Assembly (NCBI GenBank): GCA_963848295.1 | Contig: CAWKDB010000010.1 | Location: forward strand, 1,216,001-1,280,000 | Source: an uncultured delta proteobacterium | GTDB lineage: Bacteria > Myxococcota_A > Polyangia > Haliangiales > Haliangiaceae | Direction: 5' to 3' | DNA: 64,000 nt | In this document: one piece after another, positions 20,952 to 31,309 of the stretch | Layout: each line of letters begins with the position of its first letter | Position numbering within the stretch: the first letter of the stretch is position 1 | Made by a program: the position numbers and the translations under genes | Notes under the pieces: model-generated | The model's input: the letters and a program-made list of their open reading frames with translations, nothing else | Database searches by the model: none | Told to the model about the DNA's origin: nothing

Positions 20952-23399
20952 TCACGCCTTGACCTTCTTGTTCTCCGGGTCGTACAGCGGCTTCAACGAC
21001 GCGACTACCGGCCAGCGCCGATCGGCGATCTCGACGTCCCAGCTGCCGGCTTCGATCCACTTGCCGTCGATCGCGGCGCCGTCCTTCGACTCGATCATCG
21101 CGAGGCCGACCGCGCCGCCGAGCGTGTGGCCGTACGAAGCCGCCCGGAGGTAGCCGACCGGGACGCTGTCGCGGCGCACGACCTCGGCGTGGAACAGCAT
21201 CGGCTCGGGATCCTTGACCAGGATCTGCAGCAGGCGCTTCTTCAACGGCCCGGCGGCCTTGTCGGCGACGACCGCGTCCTTGCCGAGAAACCCGCCCGGC
21301 TTCTTGAGATCGACCGCGAAGCCCAGGCCCGCTTCGAGCACGCTGTCGGTGTTGTCGATGTCGTGGCCGTAGTCGCGGTACCCCTTCTCCATCCGGCAGC
21401 TCGCGAGCGTCTTCAGCCCGGCGTGGACGAGCCCGACCTGCTCGCCCGCCGCGACCAGCCGATCGTAGACGTGCAGCGCTTGCTCGGTGGGGATGTACAG
21501 CTCGTAGCCGAGCTCGCCGAGGTACGTGATGCGGATGCACAGCACGCGCGCGAAGCCGATGTCGATGTCGCGCGCGCAGCGAAACGGGAACACCTCGTTG
21601 CTCATATCGACGGCGGTGACGAGCTGCATCAGCTCGCGCGACCGCGGCCCCTGGATGTTGATCTGCGCGTAGCCGCTCGTCACGTCGGACACGAACGCAT
21701 GCGCGTCGCCGAGATTGCGCTTCATCCAGGTCTCGACGTGGCGATGCACGGTGTCCGAGCCGACGACCCAGAACCGCTCGTCATCGAGCTTGGTCACCGT
21801 GAGGTCGGCCTGCAGCTTGCCGGCGACATCGAGCCACTGCGTGTACGTGATCTGACCGGCGGCGCCGTCGACGTGATTGGCGGAGATCCAGTCGAGCATC
21901 TTGCCGGCGTCGCGGCCCTCGACCCGGAACTTCGACATGAACGACATGTCCATCAGGATCACGCCCTCGCGCGCCGCGCGATGCTCGCGCTGCCACTCGG
22001 GGAACCAGCTCGGCTTGCCGAACGTCAGCGCGTTATCCGGGTTGCCGTACCAGTCGGCGCCTTCCCAGCCGCTGACGTCGCGAAAGTACGCACCGCGCGC
22101 CGCGAGGCGATCGTAGAACGGCGACTGCTTCGCGCCGCGCGCGGTCATCATCGAGCGCGTCGGGTAGTGGCACTGGTAGACCATGCCGAGCGACTCGACG
22201 GTGCGCGTCTTCCGGTACTCCGCGTTCGCCTGATACGGGTGCAGCCGGTCGATGTTCATCGCGGTGATGTCGACGTCGGGCCGGCCGTTGATGATCCAAT
22301 GCGCGAGCACGCGGCCCATGCCGCCGCCGGTGAGGATGCCGATCGAGTTGAGGCCGGCGGCGACGAAGAAGTTCTCGAGCTCGGGCGCCTCGCCGACGAT
22401 CGGCTGCAAGTCCGGCGTGAAGCTCTCGGGGCCGCAGAAGAACTTCTTGACGCCCGCGTCCATCGAGATCGGCACGCGCTGCATCGCCTTCTCGACGTAG
22501 CCGCCCATCCGATCCCAATCCGGTTGGATCTCGCCGAACGAGAAGTCCTCGGGCACCCCGCCGACGTTCCACGGCGCGCAGATCGGCTCGAACAGGCCGA
22601 TCATCAAGCCGCCGACCTCCTCGCGGAAGTACGCGTGCGACGCCGGATCCTCGAGCACCGGCCAGGTGTTGCCGAGCTCTTTGATCCGCTCGGTGATCAG
22701 GTAATAGTGCTCGGCCGACTGCAGCGGCACGGTGACGCCGGCCTTCGCGGCGAGCTGGCGCGCCCACATGCCGGCGCAGTTGACGACGTATTCGGCTTCG
22801 ATGTTGCCGAACGCGGTCGTCACGCCGGTGACCGCGCCGCGCTTGGTCAGCAGGCCGGTGACCGGCACGCCCTCGAGGACCCGCACGCCTTGCTGGCGTG
22901 CGCCTTTGGACAGCGCGAGCGTGACGTCGACCGGGTTCACGCGGCCGTCTTCTTTGACGTAGAACCCGGCGAGGAGGTCGTCGGTGCGGGCGAGCGGGAA
23001 CAGGTCCTTGACCTGCGCGGGCGAGATCTCGTGGACATCGACGCCGCAGTAGCGGTTGAACGCGGACACCCGGCGATATTCCTCGAGCCGATCGCGATCG
23101 CTCGCGACCTCGATGAACCCGACCGCCTTGAACCCGGTCGCCTGGTCGGTCTCGGCTTCGAGCCGCGCGTAGAGATCGCGCGTGTACTTGCGCATCTCGG
23201 TCGAGGTCTCGGACGTCGAGCCGAACGTCACCATCAGGCCGGCGGCATGCCAGGTCGTACCGGAGGTAATGCGATCGCGCTCGAGCAGCACGACGTCCTT
23301 CCAGCCCATGTGCGCGAGGTGGTACGCGACCGAGCAGCCGATGATCCCGCCCCCGACGACGACGACGCGCGCGCGGCTCGGCAGGACGACTTCTGGCAT
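20952..23399 (-). CDS. GcvT-family FAD-dependent oxidoreductase (sarcosine/dimethylglycine dehydrogenase-like)
   Basis: GGGIIG FAD motif, SGTTWHAAG, GPESFTPD, C-terminal aminomethyltransferase domain (YLGELGYELY, RMEKGY). Confidence 0.92.
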   Translation of the reverse strand: MPEVVLPSRARVVVVGGGIIGCSVAYHLAHMGWKDVVLLERDRITSGTTWHAAGLMVTFGSTSETSTEMRKYTRDLYARLEAETDQATGFKAVGFIEVASDRDRLEEYRRVSAFNRYCGVDVHEISPAQVKDLFPLARTDDLLAGFYVKEDGRVNPVDVTLALSKGARQQGVRVLEGVPVTGLLTKRGAVTGVTTAFGNIEAEYVVNCAGMWARQLAAKAGVTVPLQSAEHYYLITERIKELGNTWPVLEDPASHAYFREEVGGLMIGLFEPICAPWNVGGVPEDFSFGEIQPDWDRMGGYVEKAMQRVPISMDAGVKKFFCGPESFTPDLQPIVGEAPELENFFVAAGLNSIGILTGGGMGRVLAHWIINGRPDVDITAMNIDRLHPYQANAEYRKTRTVESLGMVYQCHYPTRSMMTARGAKQSPFYDRLAARGAYFRDVSGWEGADWYGNPDNALTFGKPSWFPEWQREHRAAREGVILMDMSFMSKFRVEGRDAGKMLDWISANHVDGAAGQITYTQWLDVAGKLQADLTVTKLDDERFWVVGSDTVHRHVETWMKRNLGDAHAFVSDVTSGYAQINIQGPRSRELMQLVTAVDMSNEVFPFRCARDIDIGFARVLCIRITYLGELGYELYIPTEQALHVYDRLVAAGEQVGLVHAGLKTLASCRMEKGYRDYGHDIDNTDSVLEAGLGFAVDLKKPGGFLGKDAVVADKAAGPLKKRLLQILVKDPEPMLFHAEVVRRDSVPVGYLRAASYGHTLGGAVGLAMIESKDGAAIDGKWIEAGSWDVEIADRRWPVVASLKPLYDPENKKVKA

Positions 23400-23440
23400 G
23401 GGCGCGCCAGGATAGCAGCCGGTGGAGGCGATCGCGCGGT

Positions 23441-24076
23441 TCAGCGCAAGCTAGCGCGCAGCTTGCGGACCGCCTCGTTGACGGATTCGAGGTTCGCGAC
23501 CCGGCAGATCAGCGCGAGGTCGAGCGCGGGCAGGCAGACGCTGCGCTTGCGGCGCTGATAGCCGGCTTCTGCGAGCACGAACACCGCGATCGCGTCGCGT
23601 TCCCAGAACCAGACCTCGGCGACGCCGAGGCGCGCGTAGATCTCGAGCTTGTCGATGCCGCCGCTCGTCCACGTGACCTCGATCGCGAGGTCGGGCCGGC
23701 CCTGCTCGCGGGCCTTGTTCCGGGGCTTGTCGCCGAACACGTAGCACTCGTCGGGCTCTAGTCCCGCGTTCTTCGGTTTGCGCTTGAGCAGCCAGCTGCC
23801 GATCGCCCAGAACGTGATGTCGCGCTCGAGGCAGTACTGCTCGACGAGGACCGCGAGCATCGACTTCGTCTCTTCGTGGCCATCTGAGGGCGACATCAGC
23901 TCTACCATCCCGTCGAGGTAGGCCATGCGCGGTGCCGGCGCGTCGCCGCGGATCGCGAGCAGCTGCTCGAAGTCCGCCCAGCTCCGCCCGTTGAGCACGA
24001 TCCGCTCGTCCGCGGTCGGCGTGTGTTCGCCGATCGGAACGCGCGAGCTCGTCATCCGAGACTCCATCACGGCCAT
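23441..24076 (-). CDS. Uma2 family putative restriction-like endonuclease
   Basis: ELMSPS..HE, EPDECY, PDLAIEV, KLEIYARLGVAEVWFW. Confidence 0.9.
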   Translation of the reverse strand: MAVMESRMTSSRVPIGEHTPTADERIVLNGRSWADFEQLLAIRGDAPAPRMAYLDGMVELMSPSDGHEETKSMLAVLVEQYCLERDITFWAIGSWLLKRKPKNAGLEPDECYVFGDKPRNKAREQGRPDLAIEVTWTSGGIDKLEIYARLGVAEVWFWERDAIAVFVLAEAGYQRRKRSVCLPALDLALICRVANLESVNEAVRKLRASLR

Positions 24077-24279
24077 TGTAGCTGATCGCTTCAGCAGGCC
24101 ACGGGCCATTCGAAGTGCGCGACATCGCATCGCCGAATGGCCGGATCGTCCGACGGTTGGCCGGATGTGGACGACTCGTCCCGGACGAGCCTAGTCGAGC
24201 ACACCCGAGCCATCGCCCGACTCGTCGGGCGAAAGCTCGCTTGATCGGCGGCAGGTCGGCAGCTCGGTCTGGCGCCCGC

Positions 24280-24381
24280 AAGGTGACAAAAGAGACAGCG
24301 TCACCAATTTTGTTGCACGATCCAGCATGGATGGCCGGCATGGCTTCGGCGGCAAGTTGACAATAGAGACAGCGTCCCCAG
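24280..24381 (+). repeat. 28-bp REP-like repeat pair (24280-24307, 24354-24381), direct orientation
   Basis: AAGGTGACAAAAGAGACAGCGTCACCAA and AAGTTGACAATAGAGACAGCGTCCCCAG; reverse complement of the 16.4-kb pair; 74-bp period. Confidence 0.9.
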
Positions 24382-25131
24382 CTAGCTAAGGCGCTTGCGG
24401 ACGGTGTCTTGTTTCTGGCGCAGCTTTGCGGCTAGCTCTTCGCGACCGAGGAGGCCGGCGCGGGTGGCGCCGATGCCGAGCCAGCGCACGGCGTAGGAGA
24501 TGTTGCCGCGGGCCAGAAAGGCGCGACTCGCCGACAGCGCGACCGCGACGTCGTTCAGATCTTCGTCGTGGCGGCGGATGAACAGGGCCTCGGCTTGGTC
24601 GACGCGACCGGCGCTGACGTAGACGTCGGCGAGGCCGTCGCGCATCGCGCCGATGCGGACCGCGCCGTGGGGCTCGCGCGAGAGCACCTGCGCGTAGGCG
24701 GCGACGAACTGCTCGTAGGCGGTCACCGCGCGATCGAGTTGGTCCGCGCCGAGCGACATCGCGAGCTCGAGGAACGGCGCGTAGAACACGTAGCTGTCAA
24801 TCGGGCACTCGAGCACGCCGAGGACCTCGGTCAGGTCGAGCGCGCCATCTTGGTGGGCGGCGGCCGCGAGCGTGGCGGCCTCGATCGCGATGCCGGTGCC
24901 GGCGAACTGAGCGCGCGCCGCTTCGAGCCCGTGCAGCCGGACGATCGCGGAGACGCGCTCGGCCCGCGCGACGTGCTCGGTGATGTGATCCCAGTCGAGC
25001 CGGTTCGCCGCTTCCGGCGACGCCGGGCTCGTGAACTCGGGAGCGAAGTGGTCGTCGTAGGTCGCGCCGTCGGCGGTCAGCGCGCGGCGGGCAGCGGCGA
25101 TCTCGTCGGCGGACAGCCAGCTGATCCGCAT
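24382..25131 (-). CDS. Hypothetical helical (TPR-like) protein
   Basis: 249-aa ORF with coding-like bias; C-terminal LADVYVSAGRVDQAEALF TPR-like helix. Confidence 0.65.
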   Translation of the reverse strand: MRISWLSADEIAAARRALTADGATYDDHFAPEFTSPASPEAANRLDWDHITEHVARAERVSAIVRLHGLEAARAQFAGTGIAIEAATLAAAAHQDGALDLTEVLGVLECPIDSYVFYAPFLELAMSLGADQLDRAVTAYEQFVAAYAQVLSREPHGAVRIGAMRDGLADVYVSAGRVDQAEALFIRRHDEDLNDVAVALSASRAFLARGNISYAVRWLGIGATRAGLLGREELAAKLRQKQDTVRKRLS

Positions 25132-25186
25132 CTATCCACTATAGGCCAGGAATGGTCCGGCTCCGCCGTCATTTTCCTGCGCAGCC

Positions 25187-26068
25187 CTACTTCTTCTTCC
25201 GCGGCGCTGGCTTCTTGTTCTTGTCGGCTGGCGCAGCACCGCCAAGCGATTGGATCTCTTCCTGCGCCCGCTTCTGGCCGGCGGAGTCCTTGCCCTTGTT
25301 GGCCTCTAGGTAGTGGTTGAGTGCGTCGACCGCCTTGTCGTTGTCGTGGTTCTCCTTGTACATGAAGCCGAGGTCGAACCAGCCGTCGGCGTTGCCGGGG
25401 TCGAGGCTCGTGGCCTTCTCGTACTCGGGGATCGCCTTGTCGGGATCCTGCTTGCGGCGATACGCGGCGCCGAGGTTGAAGTGATAGCTGGCGTCGTTCG
25501 GGTTGAGCTCGATCGCCTTTTGGAACGCGGCGATCGCGTCGTCCTCGCGCTTGGCGAACCGATACGCGACGCCGAGGTTGTTCTCCCACTCGTCCGAGTC
25601 GGGCTTGAGCTTGACCGCCATCTCGAGGTCGACGATCGCCCCGGCGGTGTCGCCCTTCTGCCGCCGCACCGTGCCGAGGTTCGCGCGAATCTCGGCGTCC
25701 TTCGGATCGAGCTTGCACGCGGTGACCAGCGCCTCGAGCGCTTTATCCACCTGCTGGTTGCGGTAGTACGCCATGCCGAGGTTCGCCCACACGACCTTGT
25801 CCTTCTTGATCCCGACGATCGCGTGCTCGTACGCGTCGACCGCCTTCGGCATCTCCTTCTTCGCCTTGTACAGGTGGCCGAGCGAAGCCCACGCCATGTA
25901 GTGCTTGGGATTCGCGGCGACCGCGTGCTCGAGCGCGTCGATCGCCTGGTCGGTCTTGCCCTGCTGTTTGTAGGCGAGACCTTCCTTGTAGTAGCTGTCC
26001 GAATCTTTGTCGGCGAGTGCCTGGCCCGTGAGCCCGAGGCAGATCACGATCGCTGCGAGCGCGCGCAT
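25187..26068 (-). CDS. Secreted tetratricopeptide repeat protein
   Basis: Signal peptide; about seven clear TPRs (e.g. NNLGVAY...AIAAFQKAIELNP); AGGAG RBS upstream. Confidence 0.88.
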   Translation of the reverse strand: MRALAAIVICLGLTGQALADKDSDSYYKEGLAYKQQGKTDQAIDALEHAVAANPKHYMAWASLGHLYKAKKEMPKAVDAYEHAIVGIKKDKVVWANLGMAYYRNQQVDKALEALVTACKLDPKDAEIRANLGTVRRQKGDTAGAIVDLEMAVKLKPDSDEWENNLGVAYRFAKREDDAIAAFQKAIELNPNDASYHFNLGAAYRRKQDPDKAIPEYEKATSLDPGNADGWFDLGFMYKENHDNDKAVDALNHYLEANKGKDSAGQKRAQEEIQSLGGAAPADKNKKPAPRKKK

Positions 26069-26105
26069 GCGTCCTCCTGAGCCGTGATCGTATCCCTTTG
26101 GGGCC

Positions 26106-26138
26106 GAAAATGCGAAGGGGCTCCGTCGAAGCCCCTCG
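26106..26138 (-). terminator. Probable intrinsic terminator after the TonB receptor gene
   Basis: Minus strand CGAGGGGCTTCGACGGAGCCCCTTCG hairpin followed by CATTTT. Confidence 0.6.
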
Positions 26139-26161
26139 AGGTCAACTTCGCGAGTCGAAGC

Positions 26162-29100
26162 TCAGAACAGCAACCGCAGACCGAAGCGGAAGCTGCGCGG
26201 CAGCGTGAGCTGGGTCGCCTGGTTGAAGTTCTTGTTCGGCGTCAGCGTGATGTTCTGCGGCACGCCGTTGGAGTCTTCCGACTTCTCGTGCATCAGGTCC
26301 TTCGAGTCGCCGCCGACGATCGGGTTCGCGTTGTCGAACGTGTAGTTCTCGTCGACGACGAGCTCGTCCTGCGTGTTAAACAGGTTGAACACGTCCATGA
26401 ACGCCTCGAGCGTGCGCTTCTTGTCGATCTTGTAGCCGTACGCGACGTGGATATCGAGCTCGCTCGTCACCGGCTCGCGCGCGAAGGCGCCGCGCGGCAG
26501 CAGGTACGACTCGCCGAGGCCGTAGGTCGGGTGGCCACCGAGCGTGTCGACCGGGATGCCGGACTGCGCGCGGGCACTGACGCCGGTCGTGAGCTGACCG
26601 GCCTTCTTGAGATCGAACAGGTAGAACCCGTCGAGCTTGACGTTGTGCGGGCGGTCGAGGCCGAGGAAGCCGTAGCGGTTGCCGAGCAGCTCGGGCAAGT
26701 CGTACTGCGACGTGATGTTCGGATCGAGCTGGTTGGTCTCGGTCGAGAACAGACCGGGGTAGTTACCCTTCTCGACCGAGTAGGTGTACGACGCCATCAG
26801 CAGCGACTTGTGCGTCGGGCGCTGCTCGAGCCGAACCGTGACCGCGTCGTAGTTGCGGCTCGGCGGATCCTCGTTCTTGATGAACGACAGCTCCTGCGAG
26901 CGGGTCTCCAGCGCCGACGCGAGGTTCGGGTTCGTCGTCATGATCGCCTGCGCCTGCGCGTGGAGCTGCGCGGCCTGCGCGTCGTAGTTCTGGCCGGGGT
27001 TCGCGATGATGTAGTCGTTGCCGCCGTCGGTCGACATGTCCTCGATGATCGTGGGCAGCGTGCGGTGGGTCCAGGTCAAGCTCGCCTTGAAGTCCGGCAT
27101 GATCTCGTACTCGGTGCCGAGCACGAGCTCTTGGGTGTACTGGCCCTTCAGTCCCGGCGCGACGTACTCGGCGCCACCGCCGAACAGACCTGCGGTCACG
27201 CTGTCGGTGCACTGCTGGATCGCGAGGCCGGCGTTCGGAGTCGCCGCGTTGCCGTGATCGGCGGCGCAGTTCGGATCCATCCCGAGCTGGTGCGCGTTCA
27301 AGAACCGGATGTTGTCGATCTCGCCGCCGAACGAGCGGACGTTGATGTCCATCGGGATGTTCTCGTAGAACCAGCCGTAGTGGCCGAAGATCTTCGACTT
27401 ACCTTCCTCGGTCGGATCCCAGATGATGCCGAGGCGCGGCGCCCAGTTGTTGAGCGTGAACGCCGTCGACGGCACGATCTCGCCGGTCGGCGCGGCGGTG
27501 CCGACGAGCTGCGACGCGGTCAGCGCCGCCTGCTGCTCGAACCGGACGCCGAGGTTGACCGTGAAGTTCGGGCGGATCTGCCATGAGTCCTGGAGGTAGG
27601 CGCCGATGCTGCGGTCGCTTGTGTTCGCGAGGCGATTGTTGACCGGACCGCAGATCGCGAGACCGCCCGAGCACACCGCCTGGCCGGACGGCAGCGTCTT
27701 ACCAAAAGCGTTCGGGTCGGCCATGTTCGCCGCGATCTGGGCCGGCGTCAGGTTGCCGACGATCTGATCGTAGCTGTTCGCTTGCCAGACGCCGGGTAAC
27801 GCGTTCGCGGCATCGCTGCACGCGCCGGTGGTCGGATCGTTATTGCAAGTGCGCTGAAGCGCGACGCCGCCGGTGTCGAACTGCGTCGTGTTGTAGCTCG
27901 AGCCTTCGTAGTCGACGCCGGCCTTGAACAGGTGGTAGCCGAGGAACTTCACGCGCTGGGTCACCGACAGCACCGCGGAGGTGCGGTCGTTGTTGCGCTG
28001 CTCGAGGAAGCCGAGGCCCTGGTCCGCGTAGTTCGTGATCGGGCACTTGCGGAAGCCCGCCGGGCTCCCCGGACCGTTGACCGGGTTGTCGTCGCAGGCC
28101 GCGATCGTCTGCGCGCCTTCGAGGTCGGCGAAGTCGTACAGCGAGCGCTCGTACTTGTACTGGGTCAGCGGCTCGCTGCCGACAGCGCTCGGCGAGCTCT
28201 GCAGCGTGTAGCCGTGGTGGTAGCCAACGACCGCGTCGATCTGGGTCTTGCCCTCGTTGAACTTCGAGGTGTAGCGGCCCGAGACGTCGTAGGCGCCGTC
28301 CTTCTCGTTGTACAGCGTGTCCTGCGGCGCGAACACCGCGGTGCCGACGCCGCTGTTCAAGTCGGAGTAGTTGCCGTTGCGCGGGTTGCCGAACGCCGAG
28401 ATCTGGAACTGGTTGTTCTGATCGATCGCGCCGTTGATCTTCGCGGTGAACGAGTACGTGCGCTGCTGGTTCGGAATGTCCAGGCTCGTGACGCGATCGT
28501 GCACGGTCAACCCGGTGGCAGGATCGATCTTCGCCGCACCCGTCGCCGGGTCATATTCCTGCGCCTGGACGAGGCGGCTGACCGTGGTCTGGCTGACCTG
28601 CGGGTCGAAGCCGACGTGGAACCACAGCTTGTCCTTGATGATCGGACCGCCGAGCTCGGCGCCGACGTCCCAGGTGTAGTCGAGGTTCGCCTGGGTATCG
28701 ACCGAGTTGCCCTCGCGCTGGATCGTCTTCGCGGTCGCGACCAACGCGCCCGGGGTGTAGTAGCCGAACACCGAGCCGTGGAACTCGTTCGAGCCCTGCT
28801 TGGTCACGACGTTGACGATGCCGCCGGTCGCGCGACCGTACTCGGCGTTGTAACCGCCGGTGATGATCTCGGTCTCTTGCACGAACTCGTTCGGCAAGTT
28901 CGACGACAATTGCCCGTAAGCGGTGTCGGTCGTGTTGATGCCTTCGACCACGTACGTGTTCTCGACCGAGGTCGCGCCGGACAGCGACGTGCCGTAGAAG
29001 TCGCCTTGCGCCGACGCCGCGGCGCCGAGCACTTCGCCGAACGTACGACCGGTCGGCACGTTGCGCGTGTAGTCGTCGGTCAGCGTGATGCCGGTCTTCG

Positions 29101-29530
29101 TCGAGCCCTGATCGATGACCGGGGCCGTACCGCGAATCTGGATGACTTCGCCCTTGGGCTTGCCGGCGCCGGCGCCGGAGTCGATCGTCACGTTGACGAC
29201 GGCCTCCTTACCGACCTGGATGAGCACGTTGCCTCGAGAGAACGTGCCGTCGTTGTAGTAGACGGTCAGGGTGTAGATACCCGGCGGCAGCGACGTGATG
29301 AAGTAGAGACCACCTTCGTCGGTGATCACCACCTGCTCGCCTTGGAGCGCGGGCGAGGTCGCGACGACGGTGGCGCCTGGAGCCGCCTCGCCGTTGACCT
29401 TGTCCTTGATCTCACCACGCAAGCTGCCGACGGTCGCAGACGCCTGCGCGTGCGCGGCGTGGTTGTCGATAAAGGTGCCGACCCCGAATGCGAGGGCGGC
29501 CATCATGAAAGCTGAAATTGCCTTGTTCAT
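26162..29530 (-). CDS. TonB-dependent receptor, Oar-like (CarboxypepD_reg N-terminal domain, plug, barrel)
   Basis: Signal peptide; VVATSPALQG...YFITSLPPGIY; TGGYNAEYGRATGGIVNVVTKQGSNEFHG; YLQDSW; C-terminal PRSFRFGLRLLF. Confidence 0.9.
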   Translation of the reverse strand: MNKAISAFMMAALAFGVGTFIDNHAAHAQASATVGSLRGEIKDKVNGEAAPGATVVATSPALQGEQVVITDEGGLYFITSLPPGIYTLTVYYNDGTFSRGNVLIQVGKEAVVNVTIDSGAGAGKPKGEVIQIRGTAPVIDQGSTKTGITLTDDYTRNVPTGRTFGEVLGAAASAQGDFYGTSLSGATSVENTYVVEGINTTDTAYGQLSSNLPNEFVQETEIITGGYNAEYGRATGGIVNVVTKQGSNEFHGSVFGYYTPGALVATAKTIQREGNSVDTQANLDYTWDVGAELGGPIIKDKLWFHVGFDPQVSQTTVSRLVQAQEYDPATGAAKIDPATGLTVHDRVTSLDIPNQQRTYSFTAKINGAIDQNNQFQISAFGNPRNGNYSDLNSGVGTAVFAPQDTLYNEKDGAYDVSGRYTSKFNEGKTQIDAVVGYHHGYTLQSSPSAVGSEPLTQYKYERSLYDFADLEGAQTIAACDDNPVNGPGSPAGFRKCPITNYADQGLGFLEQRNNDRTSAVLSVTQRVKFLGYHLFKAGVDYEGSSYNTTQFDTGGVALQRTCNNDPTTGACSDAANALPGVWQANSYDQIVGNLTPAQIAANMADPNAFGKTLPSGQAVCSGGLAICGPVNNRLANTSDRSIGAYLQDSWQIRPNFTVNLGVRFEQQAALTASQLVGTAAPTGEIVPSTAFTLNNWAPRLGIIWDPTEEGKSKIFGHYGWFYENIPMDINVRSFGGEIDNIRFLNAHQLGMDPNCAADHGNAATPNAGLAIQQCTDSVTAGLFGGGAEYVAPGLKGQYTQELVLGTEYEIMPDFKASLTWTHRTLPTIIEDMSTDGGNDYIIANPGQNYDAQAAQLHAQAQAIMTTNPNLASALETRSQELSFIKNEDPPSRNYDAVTVRLEQRPTHKSLLMASYTYSVEKGNYPGLFSTETNQLDPNITSQYDLPELLGNRYGFLGLDRPHNVKLDGFYLFDLKKAGQLTTGVSARAQSGIPVDTLGGHPTYGLGESYLLPRGAFAREPVTSELDIHVAYGYKIDKKRTLEAFMDVFNLFNTQDELVVDENYTFDNANPIVGGDSKDLMHEKSEDSNGVPQNITLTPNKNFNQATQLTLPRSFRFGLRLLF

Positions 29531-29547
29531 GGTGATGCTCCTCGCCC

Positions 29548-31309
29548 TCAGGGTAGGCAGTCCGGTCCGGTTGCGGCCGGCGCCGTGACGGTGAAGTTGA
29601 TGACCAGGTCCGTCGACTGCGTGTAGACATCCGCGGTCGGCGTGACGAGGTCACTGATCGCCGCGCCGTTCTTCAGCGTGAACGTGTACGAGCCGGGCGG
29701 CAGGTCGCCGGTCAGGTCGAGCACCGAGTTACCTGCGGCCGCATCGGCCGACGCGGCGAGCGCGACGTTCGGGCTCAGCGTGAAGTCCGTGCCCTGGGTG
29801 AGCGTCACCGGGTCCATCTGTTGGTTGAACGTCAGCTGGATCTCCGTCGGGTTGTTGCCGCTCGCGTCGCCGGTGACCGTGTCGTTGTCGTTCGGGCTCG
29901 ACGACACGAGCTGGATCTGCGCCGCGGTGGTGAACGTCGTCGTCGCCATGTCCGCCGCAGTGATCGTGTACGTGCCGGACTTGACGCACGCGCCGAGCTC
30001 GCCGCCCGGGCAGTCGTCGATCGTCGCGCCGGTGTTGACGGTCAGCGTGTATTGGGTGCCGAGCTTGTAGACGCCGGGGAACGTGACGTTGCCCGACAAG
30101 TCCGCGACCGGGCCGGCGAAGCCCTGCGGCGCCGGCGTGAGCGTGAACTCGGCCGGCAGCAACGACGCTGTCGTCCATGTACTGGTTGAAGTTGAGCTCG
30201 GCCGGCTGCGCCGGCGCGCTCGACGTCGAGCCGTCCGACGGCGTGACACCGACGAGCGTGATCGGGTTCGTCATGAATGCGGTCGCCGTATTGGTCGACG
30301 GGTCCGGCGTCATGAACATCGTCGCGACGCCGCAGTGATCCTTGATCATCGCGCCGTCGTTGAGCATCCACGCGTAGCCGAGGTTCGCGCCGAAGTCGCC
30401 GAACAGGAAGACTTCCTCTGGCGCCTCGGGTGCGACGCCGCCGTTGGCCACTGTCGGCGAGAACGCATAGTCGGCGGTGGACAGCGTCGGGACTCCAGTG
30501 GCGTCTACCTGGATCGGCGCGTTGAACGTCAGGTCGACGCCGGCAGCGATCGGATCGACCGTGGTCGGCATCGTCGAGTCCATGCTCTCGGTCGGCGAGA
30601 TCGCGGTGACGGTGAGCGGCGCGATCGCGAACTTGTATGGGCCGCGCTGGTCCGTCGGGACCGGGTTGCCGTCCTTGTCGACGACGTTGTCGTTGACCGT
30701 GATCGTGCACTCGGACTGGGTCGGCACTTGCGCGGGGCGCGCGATGCTGGCGACCAGCGAGGGCCCGACCGGCCAGGTGAACTTGTTACCGCTCGGCTGG
30801 TAGTAGCCGTCGTAGGGGAGCGTGACCATCGTGCCGGCCGCGTCCGCGCACTGCAGCACGAACGGCTTCGTGCTCGCGATCGAGCCGGAGTAGTTGCCGG
30901 TGGGTTGGCCGCTGCTGTCCAGGATCGGGATCAGATCCTCGATCGCCGGGTCGAGCAGCTCGTCGAACACGACGCGCACGTACCAGGTCTCCGGGGCCGC
31001 ATCCGTCAGCTCGGGGACGCCCATCGTCAGGTCATCTGGACAAACTTGGGTGGTGCCAGCGAACTCTGGAAGGTCGACGAGAGTCGGACGTTGCGGATCA
31101 CCCGTGTTGTCCTTCGCGTCATTCGGTCCCTGGGTCTTACAGAACGTCGCCGTCTCGATGACGCCGTTCGGATCGTCCAGGACGAGGACAGCGAGAACTT
31201 CCGGGGGACCATCGGGGCGCAGATCAGTCGGAAGAACCGGATCACTGCACGCTGCGAACATCCCAATCGTCGCCGTCGCGATTGCGACGCGCGGTCGATA
31301 GACGAGCAT
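29548..31309 (-). pseudogene. Ig-like (Big_5-type) domain lipoprotein interrupted by one frameshift near 30172 (pseudogene or sequencing error)
   Basis: ORF 31309 (lipobox FAAC; Ig-like repeats) reads normally to ...FNQYMD; the matching protein continues in another frame (TASLLPAEFTLTP...FNQQMDPVTL) to the stop at 29548. Confidence 0.7.

Noticed and set aside
20727..23558. 943-aa + strand ORF and similar long ORFs (26084..27586, 27932..29515, 14534..16447, 38886..40733, 58860..60473)
   Set aside because: Antisense shadows of well-supported genes, expected from strong GC3 bias; no recognisable motifs.
23441..24076. Uma2 plus nearby methyltransferase (20306..20932) as a restriction-modification or defence system
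   Set aside because: The methyltransferase lacks DNA-MTase motifs (no DPPY/NPPY or PCQ) and is separated by a metabolic gene; Uma2 genes are common solitary paralogs.
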